The position numbers and the translations under genes are program-made. DNA of 64,000 nt from positions 12,710-76,709 of the forward strand of contig CBFGOJ010000016.1 of assembly GCA_965650365.1 (NCBI GenBank). Reading direction: 5' to 3'. A model generated the notes under the pieces. The model saw only the letters and a program-made list of their open reading frames with translations. It was not told the origin of the DNA and searched no databases. Source of the stretch: an uncultured Fluviicola sp. (GTDB taxonomy: Bacteria > Bacteroidota > Bacteroidia > Flavobacteriales_D > Crocinitomicaceae). Below, piece after piece: positions 36,725-45,667 of the stretch. Position 1 is the first letter of the stretch; the number at the start of each line of letters is the position of its first letter.

Positions 36725-37588
36725 ATGATTGACGGAATACACCCTAAACTAAATTCAGAATTTATTAGAGAGATCAATATGGTTAATGATGAACCATTCG
36801 TTTCAATGGGACTGATCTCTTTTAATGATGTTTTGAAAGGGCATTACCTTATAGCTGATTATTTTATGTCAGAAGGAGAAGAAGTTGTATTTGGGGTAAA
36901 AGATTTTAATATTTTGGGATCAGCTTTAGGGCGTCAAGTAACTGGTTTTGGCACTTTTCAAAAATGGAACAAACCTGAAGAAATATGTGCAACACTGTTT
37001 TATGGACTTGTTAAAAACCATGCTTTTCACGATGCAAATAAACGAACAGCATTATTGATATTATTGTATCAAATTGATAGATATGGTAGGACTATCAAAG
37101 CTAAACAAATAGAATTTGAAGATTTAGCTGTAAATGTTGCTAAAAACAATCTTGATTACTACGAAAAATATAAATCATTTAAGGATAAAGAGGATGGAAA
37201 TATTTTGTTTATAGCAGATTTTATAAAGAGAAGAACACGTATCATTGATAAAAAGTCTTACGTTGTAACTTTTCAAGAATTGAATAGACTTTTGAAAAGA
37301 CATGGTTGTTACATTGAGGATGCATCAGGTAATTATGCAAACGTATTTAAAATTGAAAAAAACAAGGGGATTTTTGGTAATAAATCAAAACCTAAAAAAG
37401 TTTTGCAAATTGGTTTTCCAGGTTGGAAAAAACAAGTTAATGGAAAGGCTTTAAAAGAGCTGTTAAAGGCTACGAACTTAACCGAAGAAAATGGAGTCGA
37501 TTCACACGTTTTTTTTCGTGAAGCAGAGCCGTTAGGTGCACTTATTGATCAATACAGCGGCCCATTGAAACGTTTAAAAGACAGGTAA
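36725..37588 (+). CDS. Death-on-curing (Doc)-type Fic protein with C-terminal HicA-like extension
   Basis: HAFHDANKRTA (37019-37045) matches the Doc variant HxFx(D/N)(A/G)NKR. C-terminal ELNRLLKRHG...SGNY...FPGWKKQV.GKALKELLKATNL. Confidence 0.85.
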   Translation: MIDGIHPKLNSEFIREINMVNDEPFVSMGLISFNDVLKGHYLIADYFMSEGEEVVFGVKDFNILGSALGRQVTGFGTFQKWNKPEEICATLFYGLVKNHAFHDANKRTALLILLYQIDRYGRTIKAKQIEFEDLAVNVAKNNLDYYEKYKSFKDKEDGNILFIADFIKRRTRIIDKKSYVVTFQELNRLLKRHGCYIEDASGNYANVFKIEKNKGIFGNKSKPKKVLQIGFPGWKKQVNGKALKELLKATNLTEENGVDSHVFFREAEPLGALIDQYSGPLKRLKDR

Positions 37589-37662
37589 TGCTAAGTATTA
37601 CAAAAATTTAATTAAACACTATAAAGAAGAACAAATGTGCTTCTTGTTTTTATTTATTCAAT

Positions 37663-38535
37663 ATGAAAGAATTTGAATTCGACCCAACTTTTGAAAATTT
37701 ATTTTTAAGTTTTGGCTGTATTCAATGCTCAGAACGTCAGCAAATTGAATTATATATTCCTGCTCAAGAAGACATTTTAGAAATGGATGAAACAACCATT
37801 CTCACATCTGAAGGAGTGATGTTTTGCAAATGTGGAAAAGAGTATTATTGCAAAATTTTCGTCACACCTCTTCGAGGTTATGGACATATAGATGGAATCA
37901 CAGAAGGTTATCGGATTACCAAATTGGAAACGGATGGTAATTTCAATGAAGAGGAATATGAAGCACTTATTGATGACCAATATGATGCAATAGTAGATAA
38001 CAGCGAATTTTACCACACTTTCTGTGCAGAAATTCGAAATTTAAAGGAACTTAATTCTATAAATCTCCCGAATAATCGTGTTGATAGAACTTTGAGACGC
38101 CAGATTTATATAGGTATAATTTCTTCTATGGAAACTTATCTTTCAGATGCATTCATTAATACTACATTAAATTCAGATCTATTCCTTAAGAGATTTGTTT
38201 CCACTTTTAAAGATTTTAAAAATGAAACTGTTCCTATGAATAGATTATATGAAGAATTTGAAACAATCAAACTCAAATGTAGACATGTAATGTTAGAAAT
38301 CATCTTTCACAATTTGGGGAAAGTAAAAGGAATGTATCGTGACACTTTAGGAGTTGATTTCGGAAATATAGCTGTACCTTCTAAAGCCGTCACAAAACGT
38401 CATGATTTAGTTCACCGTAACGGTTGGACTAAAGAAAAAGATCAAGTAATGATTGACAGTGATATAATTAATGCTCTAATAATAGACATTCAGACTTTTA
38501 TTGATAAAATCGAAAATCAAGTTAAGAAATTGTGA
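37663..38535 (+). CDS. HEPN-domain protein (putative RNase) with N-terminal Cys-rich zinc finger
   Basis: CIQC...CKCGKEYYC, helix ISSMETYLSDA, and an Rx4H motif RHDLVH (38398-38415) followed by RNG. Confidence 0.7.
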   Translation: MKEFEFDPTFENLFLSFGCIQCSERQQIELYIPAQEDILEMDETTILTSEGVMFCKCGKEYYCKIFVTPLRGYGHIDGITEGYRITKLETDGNFNEEEYEALIDDQYDAIVDNSEFYHTFCAEIRNLKELNSINLPNNRVDRTLRRQIYIGIISSMETYLSDAFINTTLNSDLFLKRFVSTFKDFKNETVPMNRLYEEFETIKLKCRHVMLEIIFHNLGKVKGMYRDTLGVDFGNIAVPSKAVTKRHDLVHRNGWTKEKDQVMIDSDIINALIIDIQTFIDKIENQVKKL

Positions 38536-38574
38536 GAATCACCATTTCCATTCAGTCCCGACCATCCTCAAACG

Positions 38575-38605
38575 AAAAGCTTTGGATAATTTCCGGAGCT
38601 TTTTT
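38575..38605 (+). terminator. Intrinsic terminator closing the Doc/HEPN unit
   Basis: AAAAGCTTTGGA-TAATT-TCCGGAGCTTTTTT. Confidence 0.65.
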
Positions 38606-38806
38606 ATTCCCATGTCTACCTGATACAGTCAACACCTGAAAAGCATCTCTAAGTTTCTAGTACTTGGAAAGCTTTCTGAATCACAACAATCATTCGATTC
38701 GGTAGTTAACTCAATAACTGGCCCTGATTAGATTTTGTGTCCAACTAAAAGAGAAATAATCTCGTTCATTTAAACAGTTGTAGTATTAATACCTAAAACA
38801 ATCACC

Positions 38807-40060
38807 ATGAAAAAAATTCTATTTACCATTTTCACTTGCGGATTCCTTTTCGTTTCGCAGGCACAAAACGTTAGTATTCCGGATGCTAACTTTAAAAATT
38901 ATTTATTAAATCATCCCGGGATTAACACCAATTCTGATAATGAGATCCAGGTAACGGAAGCATTGAGCTTTACGGACAGTATTATGTGCCCGGGACTGCA
39001 AATCTATGATTTAACTGGTATTGAGGCCTTTGAGAACATTGTGTTTTTGTCGTGCGTTAACAATCAGCTGGAAGGATTGGATGTATCGCATAATACCGCT
39101 TTGGAAAGTTTGATCTGCGCCTGGAACAATATTGCCTCCCTGGATGTTTCAGCGAATACGAACCTGCGTAATCTCCGCTGCTCACTAAATCCAATTCAAA
39201 GTCTTGATGTTAGCAATAATCCGGACCTGGAATATTTGTATTGCGAAAGCAATGGTTTGAGTGCTTTGGATGTCAGCCAAAATCCGGATTTAATTGAATT
39301 ATTCTGTACAAGTAATTCTATTCAGACCTTGAATTTAAGCGCTCATTCTTTGCTTAAAAGATTGGATTGTTCCTCAAATCCGTTGAATCAATTGGTTTTC
39401 GCCCCAAACAATGCGTTGGAATACATCATGTGTAATGGTAACCAATTGTCAACTATCAGTTTGGAGAATTGCCCGGCCCTGGTAGAATTTCGTGGGGTGA
39501 ATGGATCTTATACCCAACTTGATTTATCCAACTGCCCGAATTTGAAGCGATTTGATTGTCCGTTCACCCAATTAACAAGTCTTGATTTTTCTAATAATCC
39601 CTTACTGGAAGTTGTGTATTGTTTTTCGAGTCAGCTTACATCTTTGAATATTGCTAACGGAAACAATCCCAACCTGCAATTGCTGTGGGTTTCTAACAAT
39701 CATTTGACATGTATCCAGGTGGATGATGCCGCATATGCTGCAGCCAATTGGATCGGAAATGATTTCGCATTTGACGCAGGAGTATCTTTTGACGAGCATT
39801 GTGTGCTTGGTTTAAGTGGACTGGAAAAGCCAATGATTGCGTTTTACCCGAATCCGGCTATAAGCTTCGTAAATATCCGCGCTGAAGAAAAAACGAGTTA
39901 TAAATTAGTTTCCGTAGACGGAACTACAATCTCCTCGGGTGAGTTCTCGGTTGGAGATAACGTAGTAAATACGGCATCTTTACCAGCAGGAGTTTACTTT
40001 TTTGATTGCGTGGGTGTAAATGCAGGAAGATTCATTCAAAAACTCCAGAAAACGGAATAA
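38807..40060 (+). CDS. Leucine-rich-repeat (internalin-like) protein with T9SS type A C-terminal domain
   Basis: IPDANFKNYLL cap, about 10 LxxLxCxxNxLxxLDxSxN repeats, C-terminal FYPNPA...LPAGVYF. Confidence 0.92.
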   Translation: MKKILFTIFTCGFLFVSQAQNVSIPDANFKNYLLNHPGINTNSDNEIQVTEALSFTDSIMCPGLQIYDLTGIEAFENIVFLSCVNNQLEGLDVSHNTALESLICAWNNIASLDVSANTNLRNLRCSLNPIQSLDVSNNPDLEYLYCESNGLSALDVSQNPDLIELFCTSNSIQTLNLSAHSLLKRLDCSSNPLNQLVFAPNNALEYIMCNGNQLSTISLENCPALVEFRGVNGSYTQLDLSNCPNLKRFDCPFTQLTSLDFSNNPLLEVVYCFSSQLTSLNIANGNNPNLQLLWVSNNHLTCIQVDDAAYAAANWIGNDFAFDAGVSFDEHCVLGLSGLEKPMIAFYPNPAISFVNIRAEEKTSYKLVSVDGTTISSGEFSVGDNVVNTASLPAGVYFFDCVGVNAGRFIQKLQKTE

Positions 40061-40145
40061 GAACTGTATAAGAGAATACTTGAAATGAATGGTGTTTCCC
40101 TATCGGTTCCATTTGCGTCCGCTCTTATCCACACCCACGAAAATA

Positions 40146-40178
40146 AGAAGGTTATCCATACGGATGGCCTTTTTCACT
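40146..40178. terminator. Hairpin between convergent genes
   Basis: AAGGTTATCC-ATAC-GGATGGCCTT followed by TTT. Confidence 0.55.
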
Positions 40179-40241
40179 TTGTGCGAATAAAAAATCCCCA
40201 AAGCAATCTCCGGGGATATAATAAGTTGTGGGAGCCTGAGC

Positions 40242-40619
40242 TCAACGAAAATGATTCGTTATCATCGTCAGAAAAGCTTCGTCACTCATTCTGTTGGAGG
40301 TGCTTTCGGCAGCCACTGCATGTTTATATTGCGGAGTGTCGGAAAGAAAGTGAATGAATTGTTCCTGGGCCTGGCCAGTACCTGTAACATGAATTTCATC
40401 AATATTGACCATTTTCGCGGCAATTTCTTTGAAAAACTTATTTGTGAGTGCCTGTTCCTGGTTGTTTTCGGCATTTTCATTGGTGTTTCTATCGGCACCC
40501 GGGTTGTCGACCCTTCCAAGGATTACAAATTCAGTATTATTTTCATCTTTGCGACCTGTGATCGTTGCGTGATGGGCATCCATCCACACCCCAAATTGTT
40601 TTTTGTGTTTTTCTGACAT
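40242..40619 (-). CDS. Hypothetical protein resembling eRF1 domain-2 / host-attachment (baeRF-like) fold
   Basis: FGVWMDAHHA.I...KFFKEIAAKM...DEIHVTGTGQAQEQF..L pattern recalled for this Bacteroidota family. Confidence 0.55.
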   Translation of the reverse strand: MSEKHKKQFGVWMDAHHATITGRKDENNTEFVILGRVDNPGADRNTNENAENNQEQALTNKFFKEIAAKMVNIDEIHVTGTGQAQEQFIHFLSDTPQYKHAVAAESTSNRMSDEAFLTMITNHFR

Positions 40620-40782
40620 ATCATTTTTCTTAAAGATAGACGAATGGAATGGTGATCCGCAGTTTTTTGGGATAGATTGTGAGGATCTTGTTGAAGGATT
40701 ATTTGATTAAAAATAGTACGAGTTCGACTTTATATTTCGTTTTTGCTCTGAGATTCCAAAAATTTTTCACTACTTGCAGTCA

Positions 40783-41277
40783 ATGAGTAGACAAGGTTAC
40801 AAATTGGCACTTCAGGCCGGGAATTCTCTTCACGTTCACAAAACAAAGGAAGAAGCTGAGAAGTATTACTTTTCCTATCGCGACAAAGCACTGAAAAGTA
40901 TATTGAAACTGGTGAAAAAGTATCCTGAATACCAACTTGATTTTTCTCCTGAAAGTCTAAAGCGCATGGAAAAACTCTATTTCGATTTACTTGAAAAAAA
41001 TGGATATTCAACTTATAAATTACTGGGGCTAACGTTCAAACGAATGGAGCAGCTTCTGGCAATTTACTACGGAGAAGTATTTGTAAAAAACACTAGTTTT
41101 AGTTGGGTTACACAGCCGTTTGGGTTTGTTGAGAATAAATACGAACTGGCAATTCAATCAGAAAACAAAGGATTGACAATAACCTGTTCATCATTTTCCA
41201 ATCATTTTAAAACTCCGGACAATATAAGGAAACAATACCTTTACAGGGAATATATGAAGTATTCAAAATTTGCTTAG
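40783..41277 (+). CDS. Hypothetical protein with LDFSPESL / YxGEV motifs (DUF3806-like)
   Basis: QLDFSPESLKRME and LAIYYGEVFV. ATG at 40783 preferred over TTG at 40774. Confidence 0.55.
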   Translation: MSRQGYKLALQAGNSLHVHKTKEEAEKYYFSYRDKALKSILKLVKKYPEYQLDFSPESLKRMEKLYFDLLEKNGYSTYKLLGLTFKRMEQLLAIYYGEVFVKNTSFSWVTQPFGFVENKYELAIQSENKGLTITCSSFSNHFKTPDNIRKQYLYREYMKYSKFA

Positions 41278-41282
41278 AACCT

Positions 41283-41981
41283 ATGATAAATTCATCCGAC
41301 TCTGAGAACCAAATCCACTTAGTTACCAATTTTCAGGACCTGGTTTCTAAACCTCTTAGGGGAGAACTAAATGCGGTTTGCTGGAAGCGTAAACTTACCG
41401 GTGATTTTTCCGAGATCGTAAATAAGATAGCATTTACAGGAAATATGACTGTTGTTGAACCGGATGAACTACTGGCGCTTGAGTTGAGTGAAGATGGAAA
41501 ATTGGCCCGGGAAATCCTGATGAATGATTTGAAGTTACTCGAAGCACATGGTGCATCGCCGATTCTCAATGTGATCCGGAATTATGAAACGGATGACGAT
41601 GATTTCTTTTTTCCGACGGATGTTTATTCTTTTCATGTGGATCGTTCTCCGATCCCGGTCGATACTTTTTTGTGCACCTATTATGGTGATTCAAGTGAAA
41701 TATTACCCAATTCGGAGGCCGAACAAAAAGTCCTTATCCCGGAAATTCGCAAAGAGCTGCGGAGTTTGTATTCGGGGCCCGATGAAGGATTTGAAGCCTT
41801 CTTGAGCGAATACTTCTTCGACCTGCATTACCAGCCAAAACCAAACGCAAAGCCGATCAATTTAGGCATCGGACATTTGTGGCGATTGGCAACCGATCAC
41901 CCGGAAAACCAAAGTCTTCCCTGTATTCACCGTGCACCCGTTGAAAAATCCGGAAAGCTCAGATTGCTGCTGATCTGTTAA
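41283..41981 (+). CDS. DUF1826 domain protein (cupin/2OG-Fe(II)-like)
   Basis: SFHVDRSP...FLCTYYG and IHRAP...RLLL motifs. Confidence 0.8.
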   Translation: MINSSDSENQIHLVTNFQDLVSKPLRGELNAVCWKRKLTGDFSEIVNKIAFTGNMTVVEPDELLALELSEDGKLAREILMNDLKLLEAHGASPILNVIRNYETDDDDFFFPTDVYSFHVDRSPIPVDTFLCTYYGDSSEILPNSEAEQKVLIPEIRKELRSLYSGPDEGFEAFLSEYFFDLHYQPKPNAKPINLGIGHLWRLATDHPENQSLPCIHRAPVEKSGKLRLLLIC

Positions 41982-41994
41982 AATAAGAGTGAAT

Positions 41995-42333
41995 TTAACA
42001 GGCGAAATCTTTATTCGCAAACATAATGCTGAGAAGGATTGTGATGGATGCCGCACCGATAAAGAAAACGATCAGCGCTCCAATTCTTCGGGAGTTGATT
42101 CTTCCAGCTCTGAAGAGCAGGTATCCGATCAGGAGATTCGACAGGCCCCAAATTGCATTAGTCAGCGGCGAAGAAAGTCCTATTCCCGGATCATCCGCAA
42201 ATGGAGTAGGGAAGGGATCTCCCGAAATTCCGTTTACAAGATGCGGGATCGCATTCGCCAGGAAGAAACCGGCGAAAAAAGCTGAGACGTAATGGTACCA
42301 GCGGTATTTTGGTGTGATTGTCCAATTTTCCAT
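41995..42333 (-). CDS. Hypothetical membrane protein
   Basis: Three hydrophobic helices, FLANAIPHLVNGISGDPFPTPFA. Confidence 0.7.
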   Translation of the reverse strand: MENWTITPKYRWYHYVSAFFAGFFLANAIPHLVNGISGDPFPTPFADDPGIGLSSPLTNAIWGLSNLLIGYLLFRAGRINSRRIGALIVFFIGAASITILLSIMFANKDFAC

Positions 42334-42352
42334 AGTGAGCTATTGTAATTTA

Positions 42353-43075
42353 TTAATGAATATACGAATTGTCCGGATCCAACGGCGAGCGGTAATTTGA
42401 GCGTTTTGAGACTAGAAACCACCCAAATAGAAGAATGATCACCGAAGCGCCAAGAAACAAATAATTTTCATTGTCCGGATTAAATGAACGCTGACGTACA
42501 AAATGCAATTTTAGCAAGTGGTGGTCGAGGAGTCCCTCCACGAGATTGAAAAGTCCCCAACCAAGCAGCAATCCGCCGGATAATAAGGTGCCTGATCTGT
42601 TCAGGTCTCTTCGGAACATCAGTTTCCACATCAGGATGATCCCAATCAGAACAACAGCCCAGCAAAAGAAGTGGAAAATACCGTCCCAAAACATGTTCAC
42701 ACTTTTACCCACCACGGAATCTGTGGAGATTTTGTTGGAAAGCATTTCGTGCCATTGCAGGATTTGATGAAGTGAAATGCCGTCTATAAAACCGCCCATA
42801 CCAATTCCCAATACCATGGATGCCGTGGTCAGCGGAATAGGGTTCAGGGTTTTATAGGAAGGACTTTGAAGCGTGTACCTTTGGTATTTTTTCATGGATA
42901 ACCAGCTTAACAGCCAGACAAGTAAACCCAATACGAAAAAAGCAGAAAGCATAACTGCCAGGTTTGGGTAAAAAGTACTGTCGAAAATTGCCTGCTGTAA
43001 AGGTTTGTTGCAATTGATGCATGCGATTGAATCAGTGGCATAAAACATCGAAATTAACAAACAGATTTTTTTCAT
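42353..43075 (-). CDS. DUF2243 predicted membrane protein
   Basis: GIGMGGFIDGI.LHQILQWHEML, WDGIFH, GWGLFNLVEGLLDHHLL. Confidence 0.88.
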   Translation of the reverse strand: MKKICLLISMFYATDSIACINCNKPLQQAIFDSTFYPNLAVMLSAFFVLGLLVWLLSWLSMKKYQRYTLQSPSYKTLNPIPLTTASMVLGIGMGGFIDGISLHQILQWHEMLSNKISTDSVVGKSVNMFWDGIFHFFCWAVVLIGIILMWKLMFRRDLNRSGTLLSGGLLLGWGLFNLVEGLLDHHLLKLHFVRQRSFNPDNENYLFLGASVIILLFGWFLVSKRSNYRSPLDPDNSYIH

Positions 43076-43267
43076 AGAATAGTATTATTTAATAACTAAA
43101 TTAGCTGATTCGGCTTTCAGCTGTTTATATTGTTTGGAGAGAATTTTACATAATTTCCACATGCCGCAAACAGCAATTAATGACTGATTTTGAGCGAAAG
43201 TGCTTGAGGTTTTAAGCATTTGCAGAATCCCCCGATTATTCCTAAGTTCATCAGAAAATGAATCGCT

Positions 43268-43858
43268 ATGAAATTTTGGAGTATCTCTATTATTCTTATC
43301 GCATTGAGTGCCTGTAATTCTCCCGATCCGGCAAAAACCGTTTCCATCGAAACAGTCGACGAGATTAAAAAGGAAGATGCAGTAGAATATGCCGCCAAAG
43401 AACAGCAGGTCGGAAACTTTGTGCTTCCCAATGAAGTGGTGGTACTGAGTTTCAAAACCAAGAAGAAGAAACAAGTATTCCTGTGTCGGGACAAAGACTA
43501 TCACTACCTGGTGTATCGTTTCGGGACCAAATCTAACCTGGAATTGCAGTTTCCTGAAAAATTGAATGAATCCAGCTTCCAAAAATTCGAACATTCGTCT
43601 TATTTCCGGGGCGGCGGCATAGAAAACCTTGCTATGAACTTGGATTATTTGTCGTTTACCAACAGCGGTTACCGATACGTGATCTATAAAACCTACGCCT
43701 CAGAATCAGTGGGAAACGAAGACGAGATTGGAATCCGTGTCATTCATTTGAACACCAATAAGGAAACCAAAATTGAAGGCGATTTCAATACCTTCGAAGG
43801 CGGCTTCCCCGAAGAAGTGATGGAAAAAGTCTCTCATAGCGAAATGCTTTATGATTAG
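43268..43858 (+). CDS. Hypothetical lipoprotein
   Basis: MKFWSISIILIALSAC lipobox, YLVYRFG..LELQFP and YFRGGG..N motifs. Confidence 0.75.
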   Translation: MKFWSISIILIALSACNSPDPAKTVSIETVDEIKKEDAVEYAAKEQQVGNFVLPNEVVVLSFKTKKKKQVFLCRDKDYHYLVYRFGTKSNLELQFPEKLNESSFQKFEHSSYFRGGGIENLAMNLDYLSFTNSGYRYVIYKTYASESVGNEDEIGIRVIHLNTNKETKIEGDFNTFEGGFPEEVMEKVSHSEMLYD

Positions 43859-43984
43859 ATAGTGCCGCCAACCCTCCCGATTATTAACTCAAAAATGTAA
43901 TTCCGCCATATTACGTCCGGGTGTTTTTGGTGATTCTTAACGAAGCCTTCATTACTGCTTAACTCTGATCCCAGCCCCTTATTC

Positions 43985-43992
43985 TACCTTTG
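43985..43992 (+). promoter_or_regulatory. -7 promoter box upstream of the small membrane ORF
   Basis: TACCTTTG 26 nt before ATG 44019. Confidence 0.6.
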
Positions 43993-44018
43993 CAGAAACA
44001 AACTCTCAAAGAGAAATC

Positions 44019-44117
44019 ATGAAGGAAAATAAATTCAAACTAATGGCTTTTGTAGATCGCACTTTTTGGCTTTGGTTAGTGCTTGGCTCAGCGATTATTT
44101 ATTTCCGGTTTCGGTGA
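44019..44117 (+). CDS. 32-aa single-pass membrane peptide (not in ORF track)
   Basis: MKENKFKLMAFVDRTFWLWLVLGSAIIYFRFR*. Has its own promoter box and an A-rich initiation context. Confidence 0.6.
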   Translation: MKENKFKLMAFVDRTFWLWLVLGSAIIYFRFR

Positions 44118-44156
44118 AAAATATGCCCAAGATCTGCCGGAACTTTTAATTCGCAA

Positions 44157-45608
44157 TTACTTAAGCAGTTTCCCCAGCGTCAGCTCAAACATCAGTTTGT
44201 ACGAATAAGCATAAGTCTTCATACCATGCGCTGCATCTCCCATCAATCCGTTGCGCGATACATTCGGAGTCGTGAAATCTACATTGTAATCCGTGATTTT
44301 GGGCAGAGAGAAACCGAATTCAAAAGCCAGTGCAAATCGTTTTCCATTTTTTAAAGTATAGTGTCCGCCAATCGAAGTCACCATGCGGTCATATTGTGAA
44401 GCCCGGATGGTTTGACGAGAGAAATCGAATACCTGGTATTTGTTATAGTTGAAATCCGTATGCCCGCCGAATTGCATGTTCAGACGGTCTGAAAGTTTAA
44501 AATCGAGCCCAACCCCGATATTCGTGACAGGTTTGTAAGCTTCCCCGTAAGAAAGGAAGGCCTGTCCACCGAATAAAGATGTAATCAATGAGTCGTCAAT
44601 GATTGCAGGATAATGTTCCGTTTCTTCTTTTGCATTGTGAATCAGGTAATATTTCTGTGCCAGGAAAGTTTCTGCATTCACGTGCAGCCAGCATTTTGAC
44701 CAAAGCTGCGTGCTGATTCCATAACTGAAAGAAGTGGTTGTTTTGTGCTGCACCTTATTCTTGCGTGTTCTGGAAATCACTGCAAAATCGAAAGGTAGAA
44801 TATCGTTCATATTCAAAGTAGAGAACTCGCGGTAGAAATTCCCTTTCCCGATGACATTGATAGAAGGAAGAGTTACAGCCAATCCAAAACGGAATTTCGG
44901 GTAGTGCACCAATACGGATGGTTTGAAAATCGCCTTCACACTCCAGTAATTGAAAGACATTGTAGAGGCAAGACGCGTTATTTGCGACGATGAGGTATCC
45001 GGAGGAAGGACTGTGATCGAATAATTGTTGTAATACTTGGTAGTTTTGTAAGCGCCCATGTGTGAAAGTCCAAACGACAAATGCGGATTCGCATCATAGG
45101 AAATACTCAAGCCGGCCCAGTATTCACCTGTGTGGATCTCATAAGCATACGAAGAAACAAAAGTTTCATTTCCCGGTAATTCCAAGACATCATATTGTCC
45201 GGAATTATAGAGGTCAAGCTTGTTATTGTAGACATTCCTTGAAATTACATGGTAACCTGCCCGCCATTTCGGATGTTTTCGGAAAACAAAAATTCCCGCC
45301 ATCATATTGGGAATTGCCGCATAATCGGTGCTTTCCAGTTGCTGATTCGGACCTAAAGCATTTTTCTGTTTGAATGTACGGTATTGGTAAGCGTTGATAG
45401 AGAATGAAAGACTTGGAGTCTGGACCAGCGACATAGCTGCTGCATTGTAAAAAACCATCGAATGATCGTCCTGTCCGCTCACTACTGCACCGCCCAAAGC
45501 CGTCGCCTTAATCCCAAACTGGTCCGTCCAGTAATGAAAATCCTGGGCTGACGACCGGAAAGCTAAGAGGCTAAAAAACAAAAAGAATAGAATGTTTTTC
45601 AAGATCAT
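44157..45608 (-). CDS. FadL/TodX-like outer-membrane beta-barrel protein, paralog 1
   Basis: Signal peptide, QDFHYWTDQFGIKATALGGAVV...VFYNAAAM hatch motif. Confidence 0.75.
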   Translation of the reverse strand: MILKNILFFLFFSLLAFRSSAQDFHYWTDQFGIKATALGGAVVSGQDDHSMVFYNAAAMSLVQTPSLSFSINAYQYRTFKQKNALGPNQQLESTDYAAIPNMMAGIFVFRKHPKWRAGYHVISRNVYNNKLDLYNSGQYDVLELPGNETFVSSYAYEIHTGEYWAGLSISYDANPHLSFGLSHMGAYKTTKYYNNYSITVLPPDTSSSQITRLASTMSFNYWSVKAIFKPSVLVHYPKFRFGLAVTLPSINVIGKGNFYREFSTLNMNDILPFDFAVISRTRKNKVQHKTTTSFSYGISTQLWSKCWLHVNAETFLAQKYYLIHNAKEETEHYPAIIDDSLITSLFGGQAFLSYGEAYKPVTNIGVGLDFKLSDRLNMQFGGHTDFNYNKYQVFDFSRQTIRASQYDRMVTSIGGHYTLKNGKRFALAFEFGFSLPKITDYNVDFTTPNVSRNGLMGDAAHGMKTYAYSYKLMFELTLGKLLK

Positions 45609-45667
45609 GCACTAAAAATACAAAATCCTCCAATTCCTCACTCTTCATTCTTTGCGATTGAAAACGG

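Noticed and set aside
36725-40060. Prophage or integrative element behind tRNA-Phe
   Set aside because: No integrase, structural, replication or conjugation genes, and no convincing right-hand att site.
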